From positions 930,001-994,000 of the forward strand of contig NW_027191457.1 of the NCBI RefSeq assembly GCF_011745625.1: a DNA stretch of 64,000 nucleotides, given 5' to 3'. Under the pieces are notes generated by a model, which ran no database searches, had not been told where the DNA came from, and saw only the letters and a list, made by a program, of their open reading frames with translations. Shown here in pieces: positions 36,801 to 50,538 of the stretch. Made by a program: the position numbers and the translations under genes. Source of the DNA: Cladosporium halotolerans (Eukaryota). The number at the start of each line of letters is the position of its first letter. The stretch's first letter is position 1.

Positions 36801-39800
36801 TTGCAGCTTGGTGTGGGCATTCTTCCTCGCCACGCCCTTTCTGCTCCTGCCTTAGAGAGGCACGGCTCTACAAAGGTCGTCAGTAAGCATCTGCAAGCGC
36901 TTCAATCTCTCATGGTCGCTGTCCAATGCAGCTGGCCTGTGATACTTTCTGGGCCTTCCGGATCTGGTAAAACAGCACTCATAGAGGGCCTCGCAACTAC
37001 CGTCGGCGCGTCCATCGAGACCTTCGCTATGAACGCTGAAACAGACGCGATGGATCTTGTTGGTGGATACGAACAGGCCGATCCGCTTCGTCAGACGTTG
37101 CAACTGCTTGACGACTTTTGTGACGCCCTGGACAACACATCCAAATCCGCGTTGGTCAACTCGCACGCACATGGGCAAGTGGCTCTTGCTGCGGAATTAC
37201 GTCGCTACAAGGCAACAGCTGCTGTTGATCCTTCAAGTCTGAAACTCGTCGCTCACGTCTTGAAAGAGAACTCGGCGCTTCCAGGAGCCGTGGAGCTCAC
37301 AGAAGCACTCGAGCAGTCAAGCCTGCCGATGGACAAAGCCCGCTTCGTTTGGATTGATGGCATCCTCGTTGATGCTCTTGAAGAGGGCAAGTGGCTGGTC
37401 CTTGACAATGCTAACTTGTGCAGTCCATCCGTGCTCGACCGCCTAAACTCATTGCTCGAGCCAAATGGGTCTTTGATCATCAACGAGCACGTCGCCGAAG
37501 ATGGAACGCCGCGCACTATCCGACCCCATCCAAACTTCAGGATCTTCATGACTGTGGACTCAAGATACGGCGAGCTCTCACGGCCGATGAGAAACAGAGC
37601 ACTCGAGATCCATCTTCTCGAGAGCGAAGCCTCAAGCCCAGACCTTAATCCCTTGCATCCAGAGTCTGCCGTTTCGCGATTCCGTCAATGTAAATCCCTG
37701 GGAGGGATCGCCCAACGAGCTCCGGAATCCTACGCGCCGACAACTCTACTCCAGGATCACCTCGGCATCAGTGACCTCCCGCTAGCCTCCAGATTCGCCA
37801 TTCAACTAACCTCAGGCTTGTACCGTGGTTTCTCTAGTGAATCAGGAGCACAAGTCGCTCAACTCGACAGTGCGTCCAAGTTCAGCAAAGCTCGCGAACA
37901 ACTCGCCGCTTTCTACGAGCTCGCAGTAGGCCAGAAGCAGGTGTCTGCTGACTTTGCACGTGTCCAGGTCAGTTTCGCACCCATATTTAGTAAGTAGCCA
38001 CCAGTAGCTGACGGTAAGTCTTTCTTTTAGACTGTTCACCCTCTCAACAACCAGCCGCTCGTTCAGCAGTCTGAGAGTACTTTTGCATCCGCACTCAACT
38101 TAGGCTTTATGCATGAGCTTCACCAGGAGATCTATGCTGTTGCAGTGGCAGTGCAAGCTATGCAGTCCGATCGTGCCATGGTATCCAAGCTCGTGCGTGT
38201 CGAGCGAACCGCTGCCTCCAAGCGTGATGGCACGGTGAGTACTACGCTTCAGTCAGTCGGAAGTGTTGTGAAAGCTGTCATTGGTCAGAGTGATCATTTG
38301 GAGCTCTCGCCATCGAAGATTGCATCTTTGAAGATCTTTTTCCGCTGGTTGGCTGCGTCGCTACGAAACCTCATCGAAGTCTCTGAGCGTCAAGATCTCG
38401 ACCAAGCCCTGCTGAACGCCAGTTTCGCTATCGCAAGGGACGTATGTGCTCGCCATGTTGATGCAGAGATTCAGGAGGCTCCACTTTTGAAGGAGATCTC
38501 GAACCATCTGAGCTCTGTCACGCGGCAAAATGCTTCAGGCTGGGGCTCTGCAATGGTACCTCTATGGGAGGCACTGAAACCAGCTACACCTCCAAACATC
38601 CAACAGCTAGAAGATTTGCTTCGGCTTGAAAGTATTATTGCGCAGTTCGACCATGCATCAGCGCGCTTCCAGCAGCCTGTGGAAGCGATTTCAGGTCTGA
38701 GGCTGTCGTTTGCACGGGCTTTGAGCAGAGCCAAGGCAGGAGGTACAGATATTGACCAGCTTGCTGAAAAGCTCAAGGAGCTCGTGCCCGTGACGGCCGA
38801 TCAGGAAGGCGAGGAACCGGCACAGATCTCGCCTCATTTCGCTGAGGTCTTTTCAAGAATCACGCGTCACCTGAGCGTGCTTCGGCTTTCAGGTCAGACA
38901 TTCGAGAACACAGAGCTGGCAACCCTGGAGGTATTTGCTTTGCAACCGACCAGAGACTTTGTCTGCGATGCCGGCGGCATGCAAGACCCCTCTAGCGGAC
39001 AGGTCTTTGATTTGCTTCAAGCTGCGGCACGACCGCGGTCCACAGGCTCCGAAAGCCCTGGAAAACGACTCCCCGACATGCTTCTGCACCACCTGACCAC
39101 GAGAAATGTTGTACCCACCGGAAGGCTGGCTCTTTTGGAATCTGAGATGGCATCCCTCGGGAATGTACTCGCTGAAAAGACTCACCTGATCACCGAGAGC
39201 TTGCTGCCCTCGTTGAACAACGGCCTGCGCCAGCTTCTTTCAACGGTTCTGAAAGCTTTGAGCGAGAAGTCAAGGAGCCACCACATCCGCGACGCAGCAC
39301 AAGCTCTGGGCACGATCATCCTTAAGAAGGATGTCAAAGGTCTGAATCACCTCACCTCTTCTCGTGCTATGCCATTGGAGGTGAAGGGCTTCTTTGAATC
39401 CACCGCTTATGTCATTCAACCTCCAAGTACTGAATCAGCAGCTGCGAAGGCGTGGCTCAGCTTTACTACATGTTGTCTGAGGCTGTACCTCCCGGCTTCT
39501 CAATTCGACCCAGCGTTGGAGCCGTTGTTGATGCGCAAGATATTTGACAACGTTACTATTGACCTGACGCGCAAGCTGGCCTCTTTGCGCGACTTCAAAC
39601 TCGCTCTTACAGGCGAGCACACATCGCTCCGCATTCGCATGTTGGAGAACGACATTCAATCACTTGGCTCTCCGCCAGACGCTCTACAGATCTGCCGTCC
39701 TCCGGTCTCAGAGCTTGCTGAACTGCAGATGGACTTTGACGGTCTACGCAGAATTTTGACAGCCATTGAGAAAGACACTTCGATGCTGTTGGATGCCGGC

Positions 39801-42800
39801 GTCTCAGCAAACATTCAGCAGATTCGAAACAGACTTTCTGGTCATTACAGATCCTATGGCGATCTTACAGGGCCCGTCATTGGCCTCCTCAGCTGCCTTG
39901 ACATCTGTCAGTCCCTCTCCCAGGAACATGCTGTTTCCGAAAGCGATTCGCAGCTTGGTTCTCGACTGCAGACTCTCGTGCCGTTCTACAACGCTTCTTT
40001 GGCAGATTGGTCGTCGGATGCTATCATCAACAAGTCCTTGCCCGCTGCCGCAACACAACAGGAGACAGTCTTGTGGCTTGCTACTGTAGCTGCACGAAGC
40101 TGTGCATGGCCATTGGCCGAGGCCGATCAAGAAATCCATGTTCGCCTCGAACAGCAGTTTGCGCGCCTGTATGATCAATGGCGCACAGAGCTCGGCCGTG
40201 ACCAGAGGCAAGAAGCCGCTAAATCCAGCCTGTACAGGTATAGCGGCGAGGCTGAAATGCAGGATGAGCCATCTGCCGAAGATCTCGATGAGCTTTTCCC
40301 TGGTGCTGATAGCGAGACCTCCCGAGCCAAGAAGAGCATTTCGGGAACGCAGGCTCTTGCTACACGTATTGCTGGCTTGCATCGCGAGATCTTTGCTGGC
40401 AGCAAACTGTCCGGAGACACCGCCGTGCACTTGCTCGATGATTTCGTCAAGGTCTGTATGAAGGCTAATGTTGGGGAACATGTCAAATTGGCGATGCCAA
40501 TGCTCCTCTTGCAAATGCAAGATCCCGTTCCGAAACAGCACTACAACATCTACAAGGATACAAATCTCGACCAGGTTCGTAAGCTTGTCGGTCTTCTCAG
40601 GAAGGTGCAAGATCGCTTCAATGAGCTGCACGAGGCTTGGCCAGACCACGCCACTCCGATGGACATCCTCGTTATCTGCGATCAGATCTTGGCAATCGAG
40701 CATGCAGAACCGTTGGTGCGCTTCTTGCCAACTGTGGAAAAGCTGCATGCGACCGTGAATGAGTGGCAAAAGATTGCGAGCAGGCAGTACAGTGCAAAGG
40801 ACAATCTTGAGGCCATCACGGATCTGATTGTCAGCTGGAGACAACTCGAACTTTCGTCTTGGGCAGGCTTGTTCGATGAGGAGACGCGCCATACCCAATC
40901 AGATGCAGCCTCGTGGTGGTTCATTGCTTATGAGACCATCGTTGCTGCTACTGACTCGCTTCCGGACAACGAGGAGGCAATTCAACAACACGTGGTTGGA
41001 CTTCTCAAGACACTGGAAGACTTCTTCCACACATCCGGACTTGGGGAATACCACACCAGACTGGATTTGTTGCGCAACTTCCAGCATCACCTCGCTGCAC
41101 GATCTGTTCAGTCGCAGGCTTTCGCGGCAGTGCACCAGGGTCTTGCCAATTTCATTGCCTACTTCAGCCACTACGAAGGCGCCGTCCAGGAGGCTCTTGC
41201 GACTGGTCGCACTGCCTTGGAGAAGCAGATCAAGGAGGTCATCCAGCTTGCAAGCTGGAAGGATCGGAACATTGAGACTCTTCGCCAGAGTGCCAAGACA
41301 TCTCATCGCAAACTGTTCAGACTGGTCAAGAAATACCGTGTCTTGCTCGCTCAGCCAGTGGCACAGATACTCGCAGCCGGCATCCTATCCCTGCCAAAGG
41401 AGCAGTCGAACTCTACTCCGTCCGTCCAAGCAGCGTTCACGCCTGTCGAGCTCGTAGAAGAGAATGCAGTAGCCTCAGCACTGCAGACATGGGCCAGCAG
41501 ACCGGCAAGATTCCGCAATGTGGCCGCCACCACGGATCTCATCAACAGCAAATGCAAGCCTGTATCCTGGCCTCAAGAGGCTTCTCAGCGCCTCACAGAG
41601 TTCCTCGACGATGTACATGAGTCCATTACTGAGCTTCAGAAGGCAACGCCAAAGACACTTAAGGAAGAGAACAAGAAGCTCGTGAACCATTTGAAGACTC
41701 GGAAGAGACGCCTGCTAGCAGACGTCCTGAAGAAGATCCGCGCCATGGGATTCCAGCACAACCTGAGTCAAGACATTTTGGACTCTCAATCTTCTCTCTC
41801 ACGAGCCTTGTACAAGCTCCATGCGTTGCAGCAAGACACCGATCGACCGGCTCAGAAAGATTCGCAATCTCATCTCCACAAGCTCCTTGGCCTGATGCCA
41901 TCCGTTAGGGAAGGCTCTCGCAAGCACTCTGAGGACCTTACCCCTGCAGAAGCCGCTCGCTGCGCCGTATACCTTGAGAGCGTATTAGCGATGTCGACGA
42001 CTCAACAAGCCAAGCTCTGCCAATTTTCGAAGAGCTCGCAGCACCTGCGAAGCGGCCTGGCAGCATTCGAGACATTCGCAAGCTGCATGCAGCCTGCTTC
42101 AGACAAGTCGGCGCAGAATGCTTTCAGTCTGCAGCAGCTAAAATGTGTGTCGCCAATGCTCGAGACTTGTATGCACCTGGTGCGAGTCCAGTCACACCTG
42201 GCTTCTCGCAACTACCAGCCGGTCATCGATGGTCTGTCTGAACTTGCTGCAAGCTCACACTCTTTCGTCACCCAGATGAGCAATTCTAGGACCATGCCCG
42301 TACGTATTGTCGATGCCGAGGATCTTGCACTCTGGCACAACACCATCGGCGCCTGCGAGCGTGCCACGACCAGCATCACGGCATGGATCGAAGAGTATCC
42401 CGAGCTTGAGTCAACCCTGAGCCAAATGGCAAGATGGCTGCCCGACCAGACGACAAAGCCGCAGCCGAACACGAACAGTGCTGTTTCAGTCTCTCCCAAC
42501 GATTGGACCTCACACGTTCTCGAATTCCTAGACAAGCTCCTCGTCTCCGTGCAGAACCTCGAGAAAGCACTGCCCACCACGCAACCCGACGACAACGAAG
42601 CCGCCTGGCTCCTCCGCGACGAGCACCAGCTCGAATTCGCCTGGAAAGCCCTCGACGTCGACCGCGCCGCGCAGCACGCCGAAACCCTACTCTCAAAGCT
42701 CCAACCCGCCGCCGGACAAGACGGCTCCGCGCTGCGCACCCTGTCCGCCGTGTGCAGATCCGTCTTCCCCCTCCTGCGCGCCTACTCGACCGCAACCGAC

Positions 42801-45479
42801 CAGGTCCTCGACGCCTACACGCAGCTGCACCTGCGCGTCAACCAGATGGGCCACGTGCTCGGCGCGTCGTTCGTCACGCTCGCGCGCGACGGTTTCTGCT
42901 CGCCGCCGGAGAAGTCCGAGGACAGCAAGCAGCAGGACTCCGGCGACGTCGAGGCCGGCACGGGGCTGGGCGACGGCGAGGGCGGCGAGGATATCAGCAA
43001 GGACATTGGCGACGAGGAGGACCTGGGCGAGCTGGCGCAGGAGAAGGGCGAGAAGCGGGAGGATGAGATCGAGGACGAGCAGGATGCGGTTGACATGGCT
43101 GATCAGGAGATGGAGGGTGATCTGGGCGATGCGGAGACGGGGTCGCAGGATGAGGATGAGGATGGTGATGAGGGCGATGAGGGTGATGAGATGGAAGAGG
43201 AGTCTGGGAAGGTTGGGGATCAGGATGATGGGGCGGTTGATGAGAAGATGTGGGATGATGCGAAGAACGAGCAGCAGGAGGATAAGGAGAAGGAGGACGG
43301 TAAGGGCACTGCGCAGGATCAGGAGATGTCTGCGGCTAATGAGGGCGAGAAGGAGGAGGGCCAAGAGGGCGAGGCGGGTGAGGATGGAGAGATGGAGGAA
43401 GAAGAGCAGGCTGCTGGCCCTGATGAGGAGGAAGTGTCGAAGAAGGAGACTGAGGCTGCTGATCCGCATATGCAGGAGCAGGAGAACCTTGACTTGCCTG
43501 AGGATCTCAACATGGACGGCGATGGTGATGATCAGGATGATATCTCCGACGCTGGTTCTATGGAAGAGGACGACATGCCTCCCGACACTGGCGCGCAAGA
43601 TGAACCCGCCGGTGACGCCGATAAGGAAGAGGAGCAGCCTGAAGAAGCAGAGCAAGCAGAGGCCGAAGAGAAAGAAGCGGAGGATGATGCTATGCAGACT
43701 CAGGAGGCTGGCGAAGACGCCGATCCCGAGAACGACCCTGAAGTCAGTGACGATGAGGACGAGAATCTGCTTCAAAACAAGGACACTGAGCTCGACGAGG
43801 CACCCGAAGAAGGCACGACGGAGGGCGAGCAAGGCGCTGGCAAAGACGAGGATGAGCCGCAGGCGCAAGCAGCTGGCGGTGCCAACGCTGACAACAACGA
43901 AACCGAGCCCAACGAAGACGCACAGGCCAAGCAAGACTCTGGTGCACAGAGTGGCGCGAACGAGACCGAAGCAGAACAGCCGTCTGAGAAGTCTGAGCAG
44001 TCCGCTGCTGCACAACGTCAATCCAACTACAAGCAGATCGGCGACGTTCTGGAAGAATGGTACAAGCAACAGCGGGAGATTGAGGCACCCAATGAATCAG
44101 GTGAGGCAGACAAGCAAGAGAAGCAGCAGGATGTCGACATGGCGAACGCCACCTTCGAGCATCTGCCCGACGCCCAAGCCGAAGCCGATACTCAAGCGCT
44201 GGGGACCGCCTCAGCCGATCAGTCTGGTGCTCTGAACGAGGAGACTAGCAAAGCCGTCAACGAGGACAAGGAGATGGAAGATGCGCCTTTCCAGGAGATG
44301 CCGGAAGATGATGAAGAGCAAGAGGATCCTCAAGACAAGCAAGGCGATAAAGATGGCCAGATGGAGCCCAGCGACCAGCTCCCGCAGAGCACCGACGCAA
44401 AGGCCTTTGTGGGTGAGCAGAACAACGCTCAAGACATCGAGATGGGCGAGGATGCACCGCCTAAAGAAATCGACGCCGAAGACTCCGACCACGACGTCGA
44501 AGACATGGACGACCAGCTCCTGCACACGCACATCTCGCGCGAGGACGGACCCGAAGAAATGACAATTGAAGAAGCGCGGCACACCTGGGCCGCGCACGAG
44601 TCCGGCACACGCAACCTCGCCCTCATCCTCACCGAACACCTGCGCCTGATCCTGCAGCCCACGCAGGCGACCAAGATGCGCGGCGACTTCCGCACAGGCA
44701 AGCGTCTCAACATCAAGCGCATCATCCCCTACATCGCCTCCTCCTACAAGCGCGACAAGATCTGGATGCGCCGCTCCGTGCCCTCCAAGCGCAGCTACCA
44801 GGTGATGCTGGCGATCGACGACTCGCAGTCCATGGCCGAGAGCGACAGCAAGCGCCTCGCCTTCGACACCCTCGCGCTCGTCGCCAAGGCCCTCTCCACC
44901 CTCGAAGTCGGCGAGCTCGCCGTCCTCGGCTTCGGCGAGCGCGTCACCGTCGCCCACGACTTCGCGCAGCCCTTCACCTCCGACGCCGGCGCCGAGGTCT
45001 TCAAGAGCTTCAGCTTCGCGCAGACCAAGACCGACGTCCAGCGCCTGCTCGAGGAGTCCCTCGCGCTCTTCCAGGCGGCCCGCCTGCGCGCCGTCGGCGC
45101 CGCGAGCGAGCTCTGGCAGCTGCAGCTCATCGTCTCCGACGGCGTGTGCGAGGACCACCCGCGCATCCGGCAGCTGGTGCGGCAGGCGCACGAGGAGCGG
45201 ATCATGATCGTCTTCGTCGTCGTCGACTCCGCGGCGCAGCAGGCGGACGTGGGCCCGGGCAAGGCGAACGCGCAGAAGCAGAAACAGAGCATCGTCGACT
45301 TGCAGCGCGCGGAGTTCGTCAAGGACGCCAACGGCGAGCCGCGGCTGAATATGGTCAAGTACCTGGACACGTTCCCGTTCAGGTATTATTTGATCGTGCG
45401 GGATGTGCAGGAGTTGCCTGGGGTGTTGGCGGGTGCGCTGAGGCAGTGGTTTGCGGAGGTTGTGGAGTCAGGGGCGTAG
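30822..45479 (+). CDS. MDN1: Midasin / Rea1, dynein-related AAA+ ATPase for 60S maturation; single intron 37968-38030; about 4,864 aa
   Basis: Six Walker A motifs (GLAGSGKT, GETGVGKT, GPTSSGKT, GETGCGKT, GSPGVGKT, GPSGSGKT), a long linker, a D/E-rich region and a C-terminal MIDAS/VWA domain (DDSQSM, VSDG). Confidence 0.97.
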
Positions 45480-46256
45480 ATGAGGTGGGAAGTCTTTCTT
45501 TGCGTTGTTTAGAATGTTATAGTGTTGCATTTTGGGAAGGAGTTTGGGTTTGGTTGGGGTTGGAGTTCTGGGTTTGTAGTATTATGTTTGGACCTGTAGA
45601 ATTGTATCGTTTGTCTTTGTAGACGCTTCATCTGTGATCCTATCAATCGTGTTGATGTTGCAAGTGGGCAGCACACCACTCATCGTCAACAACGATGAAT
45701 CCAACCAACGCACGCCAACGAACCATATAGCATATCAAATTTACACTGGATTTCATGCAAAACCATCAAGAACGTCTTTCGCACGTCTGCGTAACCACAA
45801 CGGTCCCAAGAGACCAATGCGATCGTCTCGAAGAAAGTATGCAGTGGTTGCAAGGGTTAGGGTTGGGGCAAGCGGACAACCTCACTTGGGCGGACAGGCG
45901 TTAGCGGCGGAGTACCCGAGCCAATGAGCGTCGGGCTTGACGAACTAGGAAGGAACGGTTGTCACCCAGCACCATTGGACATGAGAAGGACACTGAGATA
46001 ATCATGTATTACGAGACGAACCAGCGTGACGTGCAACCTTGTTTTTTATTGGTTACAGCGCAGAAAATAGCTCAAGGCACTTCTTTGCAGTCGTTCTACG
46101 AACAAACGCTCAACAGTGATCCTCAGGCATCCAACGAATCAATTAAGCACAGATGCTCGAACCCGGCGCACACTTCCCGAACAAGACAAGCCCACGCGGA
46201 GCCGAAGCGTGCTGCGATCGCGTACAGACCTACCTAACGTTACCTAGCAGAAGCGC

Positions 46257-46298
46257 GCTCTGCTCTGCCCTGCTCTGCCCTGCCCTGCTCTGCTCTGC
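46257..46298. repeat. Pentanucleotide microsatellite (TGCYC)n
   Basis: gctctgctctgccctgctctgccctgccctgctctgctctgc. Confidence 0.9.
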
Positions 46299-47193
46299 TG
46301 CCATGCTGCCACCTGCTGCTCTGAACCTGAACGCCCCGGCCTAGCGCGGGCGCTGGGACCGCGAGTTCGAGGGCCGGCGAGGGCCTGGATCCCTCTGCAG
46401 AAATGCCGATCAGCGCTCGCGTGTCCACTTTCGCTGCGCGCGCGGGTCCTGGTGGGCCGGGAGGGTAGAGAGGGCCGTTGGATGGGCGGCTGGGATCATG
46501 CTTGCTTTGCGAAGGGCTGGTGGGTGATGTGATGGATGGGAGCTGGTGGGGGGCAGAGCAGAGCCGCATGTCGCGGTGGAGGTAAAAGGTGGAGGACAGG
46601 GGGTGTGGGAGGTGTTGCGATGCGCTATCATGCGATGCGGCTTTTTGCAGTAGCATGGAATCGCCTAAATGCACGCACGGCGGCATGTGTCTGCTGGATG
46701 AACGATGAGCCTGAAAGGCAAGCGGCCGGGTAGAAGCAGACTGGCAGAGCAGCAGGACGGGAGCTCACGAGCCACGCTGCTGTTCCCGCACACACTCGCC
46801 CTCCCGCCCGCGCAGCCGCGCGTGGAGTGCGTGAAGCTCGCGTGCGAGGGAGCTGGGTGGAAGGTACCTGAGGCAGTGTACCTATAGCGTTATCGAGTAT
46901 CCAGTCTGTAGGTGTGATGAATGGAATTGTTCGGGAGAGCACACAAGAGGCAGGCTGAGGCTCTGGCGCGGGCAGATTGGCTGAGACCTGCGGGCTGCCA
47001 CCTGCCAGTCGGCTCCCTTGTGCCAGCGCCAACCTGGCCGGGTTCGAGGTGACAGGCTGCGGGCTGCGGGCTGGGGGTTGGTGATTGGGCGGGGAGGGAT
47101 GGACGAAGCCACCTCATTTTAGCGCCCTGGCCACCTCTCCCGCGCCCGGCGCATGCTGGGGACTTGGATGAGGTGTTGCCTGCCTGAGGCGGA

Positions 47194-47235
47194 TGCTGGG
47201 TGCTGGGTGCTGAGTGCTGAGTGCTGGGTGCTGGC
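47194..47235. repeat. Heptamer tandem repeat (TGCTGRG) x6, last copy imperfect
   Basis: tgctggg tgctggg tgctgag tgctgag tgctggg tgctggc. Confidence 0.9.
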
Positions 47236-47947
47236 CGCTGCGCCCGTCCTGCTGTGTGCCCTGCCGCCGTGCCCTGGTGCTGCCGCTGGTGCTGCTAGAG
47301 ACTCTCCCACGCTCGCTCGCCGCGCGCCTCGCTGCGCCGTTGCCCGTCCCGTCGCCGCCGCCGCCCACGTCCAAGTCACGACGCTCTCCGCCGCGCCTCT
47401 GCCACAGCCAGCGAGCGCCTGCTGCCTCTCCGTCGCACTCCTGCGCCTCGTCAGCCATAAGCTACCTACCTTACCTCACGTACAAACACACGCGCCTGCC
47501 CGCCTCGCCCGCCTCGCCCGCGTCTCATCACGTGTCTCCCGCCCACGCGCTTGAAGGTTGCTCCCTCCGCGCTGCAGCCAGCGCCAGCAGACGGAGCTTC
47601 GTCGCGCCTGGCAGCTGGGCCGAGCAAGCGCGACCGCGGCCGCAGACCCCAGCCGAGCAACGTCAAGAGCTCCCGTCGCTCGACCACACATCACAACTCA
47701 CACCACCCTCCACGCCCCGAACCCCCCGCCGCGCCTCGACACCGCTCCGCTGGGCATCCGCTCCGCCTGCACGCCTGCGCCGACGCCCTCCCGCTCGTTG
47801 CGTCGTTGCGCCCGCCCACCGACGCCCGCCCGTCGCTGTCGGCCCTTCTCCGCATCTCGCTGTTCCTGCTTTCTGCTCGCCGTCCAACCTTGCGCGCGAC
47901 TCTCCCAGACACCCACCTGTCCCCGCGTGGACATATCAACTCGCCAA

Positions 47948-49975
47948 ATGAGTACCCAGGCCCCCCCTCCGGCGGTCGGAGGACAAGAAGCAGGTATGCG
48001 TGATCACCACCTTGCGCACGAGCCAATCCTCGGAGCTGAGCGAGAAGCGCTCCCCTTCCGAGATCGCGAACCTCTACTGACACGTTCCACCCAGGCTCCC
48101 TTAACCCTTCGCAAGCACAATCTTCGATCGCCGCGCCTGCCCAGCCACCTGCTGCAGTCGCCGCAGCCCAGGCTGCCGAATCGAGTCGAAACGCTGAGGT
48201 CCCCGGCGCCGGTCCTTCAGCCCAGCCGAGTCTTGGTGTCCCTGGACAAGAGAGTAGCGCGACCGGACTGAGTGGAGTCACCGCGAATGACACCTCTGAA
48301 AATGTGGAGACGGGTTCGAAGCGAAGCCTTACCGGCCGACGAAGAGGCGCGAGCACTGGTAGCAAGCGTTCGAACCGCCAGCTGGGAGGAGATGGCGAGA
48401 AGCAGAGGCCTGGCTCCAGTGGGAGAACACAAGCTGGTTCTGAACCCAGACCCAAGAAAAGAGGCGGACTTTTAGCATTCCTTACTTGCTGCGGTGGCTC
48501 TAGCGAAAACCAAGAGCCGGGCTCCAGAGAGTCTGCTCAGCCCGCAAAACTCCCCACGACAGCGTCGCAGCCGACAAGGGCGAGGCAGAACCAACAACAC
48601 CAAGAGATTCAGCCGCCAAATGCCAGCGCAACCAACACCAGTGCCGATGGGTCCAAGGAGGTCATTGATGAGAAGGCTGGCCAGCAGCCGAAACACAATG
48701 GACACCCGACCGCCGCACCGATCTTGCCGACGCCTCCAGCGGATTCGGAAAGGCACCCCCAAGCTGTGGTGCAGCCTGAAAACCCAGTCCCCAGCATCCC
48801 ACCCGGCCTCAATTCAGTTCAACCCAACCCTGAAGTCCAACCACTCACTAGAGAACGACAAGATCTCCAGCCTGAGGCACCCACGACTGGTCCTCCTCAC
48901 ATTGACACAACACAAAGGACCGTCGCACACGATGCAAAACCCAATCACTCAAACAACCCACAGATCGGCGTAATTGCACCCACACCTATCGTTTCGCAGC
49001 AAGAAGAAGAAGAAGTTGAGGATGATATAATTCAGGACCGAACCCCCGAGCAAGCCGCACGAGACACGGATATTGAAATGTCTGATTCTGGACCCTCAAT
49101 ACCGCTAGGACCCAACGATGTACCGCAAAACCCTGAAGTTGAGACCACGACGCGTGAGCGACGAGGTTCATCAAGTTCGTCGAGCCGGATAGATCTCCCA
49201 CCTCCGCCACCTTTGGCCGAGCGACAAATACAACATCAGCACGGTGATACCGCTGTCGCTGGTGGTGCTGTCGCTGGGACTGGTGTCCTTGCTGCCGGAG
49301 CGGGTTTTGCGGCACAAGAAAGCGGTCATGACCTTAGCGCAGTGTCAACTCCCGAGCAAACTCAAAAGTGGCTGCTTCCGCCCATACAACCCCAGTTCAG
49401 TGGCAAGAAATGCTTAGTCCTGGATCTGGATGAGACGCTGGTCCACAGCAGCTTCAAGGTACGGTTACCCTCATATTCTCGTTCCCAGATCCCATGCTAA
49501 CGTCGCTTGATAGATCCTCCACCAGGCTGACTTTACTATCCCGGTCGAAATCGAAGGCCAGTACCATAATGTCTATGTCATCAAGCGCCCCGGTGTTGAC
49601 GCCTTCCTCAAACGGGTTGGCGAGATTTACGAAGTCGTCGTGTTCACCGCCTCTGTATCCAAGTACGGCGACCCTCTTCTCGACCAACTCGACATCTCCG
49701 GCTCTGTACACCACCGTCTTTTCCGCGAATCATGCTACAACCACCAAGGAAACTACGTCAAAGATCTCAGCCAAGTCGGCCGACCGCTCGGCGAGACAAT
49801 CATTATTGACAACTCCCCTACATCCTACATCTTCCACCCGCAGCACGCTGTCCCGATCTCTTCTTGGTTCTCCGACGCCCACGACAACGAGCTTCTGGAT
49901 CTAATCCCCGTGCTGGAAGACCTCGCTACCGCCGACGTCCGGGACGTCAGCCTGGTGCTGGACGTGGCGCTGTAG
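47948..49975 (+). CDS. PSR1: HAD-family CTD small phosphatase Psr1/Psr2; introns 47994-48094 and 49459-49513
   Basis: [17 protein letters not shown] (DxDxT), KRPGVD, FTAS and [10 protein letters not shown]. Splicing exon 1 (MSTQAPPP...) puts it in frame with ORF 48304. Confidence 0.92.
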
Positions 49976-50135
49976 GATTTCGCCGCGAGCTGCCAGCGAC
50001 GCGTGCAATAACAACAACAGTTAACGGGTTGACGAGAGGTGTTTACAGGAAAAGGGCCATCAAAGTATCAACAACCATCACCACCAAAAGGAAACGAATC
50101 ATTTTTGTCTTTACAACAATCAGTACTGTCAGTCA

Positions 50136-50538
50136 AGAGAGAGAAAAAGACGAGAGAGAGAGAGAGAGACAGAGAGAGAGCGCGGCGAGAGCAAAACGAA
50201 AAGCATCGAAACCACCACTCCGGTTCTTTAACCCTCATCTTGTTTAATTGCGAGACCCGTCTGTCGCGCGCCGTGGGCCTGGGAGTGGAGTGGAGTGGAG
50301 AGGTGGGAGACTCGAGCGAGCCAGGACTCGCAGAGCTGCCACACTCTTCTCTTTCTCCTTTCTTTCAGAGACCAACCGGCAGGGACATTATTTCATCGGA
50401 TACCCTTCGGATCAGAGCGAGCCTGCCTTGTCGTTTCCCTTACACTTAGACAAAATATCTTGTCTTCTTCTTCTTCTTCTTCCTTTTCTTCCTTCTGTGT
50501 TCTCATTTGTCGCTGGGAACCTCGGTTTTTTTTTTTTT
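50136..50538. repeat. Microsatellite cluster downstream of PSR1: (GA)n 50136-50180, (GAGTG)3 50283-50297, (TCT)n 50463-50482, T13 50526-50538
   Basis: Directly visible simple repeats. Confidence 0.85.

Noticed and set aside
42693..45191. Long antisense or alternate-frame ORFs over MDN1, and similar ones at 4323-5180, 22366-23340, 25579-26493, 27139-28179, 39804-40898, 50830-51768 and 51227-52330
   Set aside because: They are shadows of real genes. High GC3 and skewed codon use remove stops in other frames, and the translations show no recognisable domains.
45853..45864. AACCCTAACCCT on the - strand as a telomerase RNA template
   Set aside because: Only about 370 nt remain before MDN1. Pezizomycotina telomerase RNAs need a long 3' region for the pseudoknot and CR4/5, and I saw no convincing pseudoknot.
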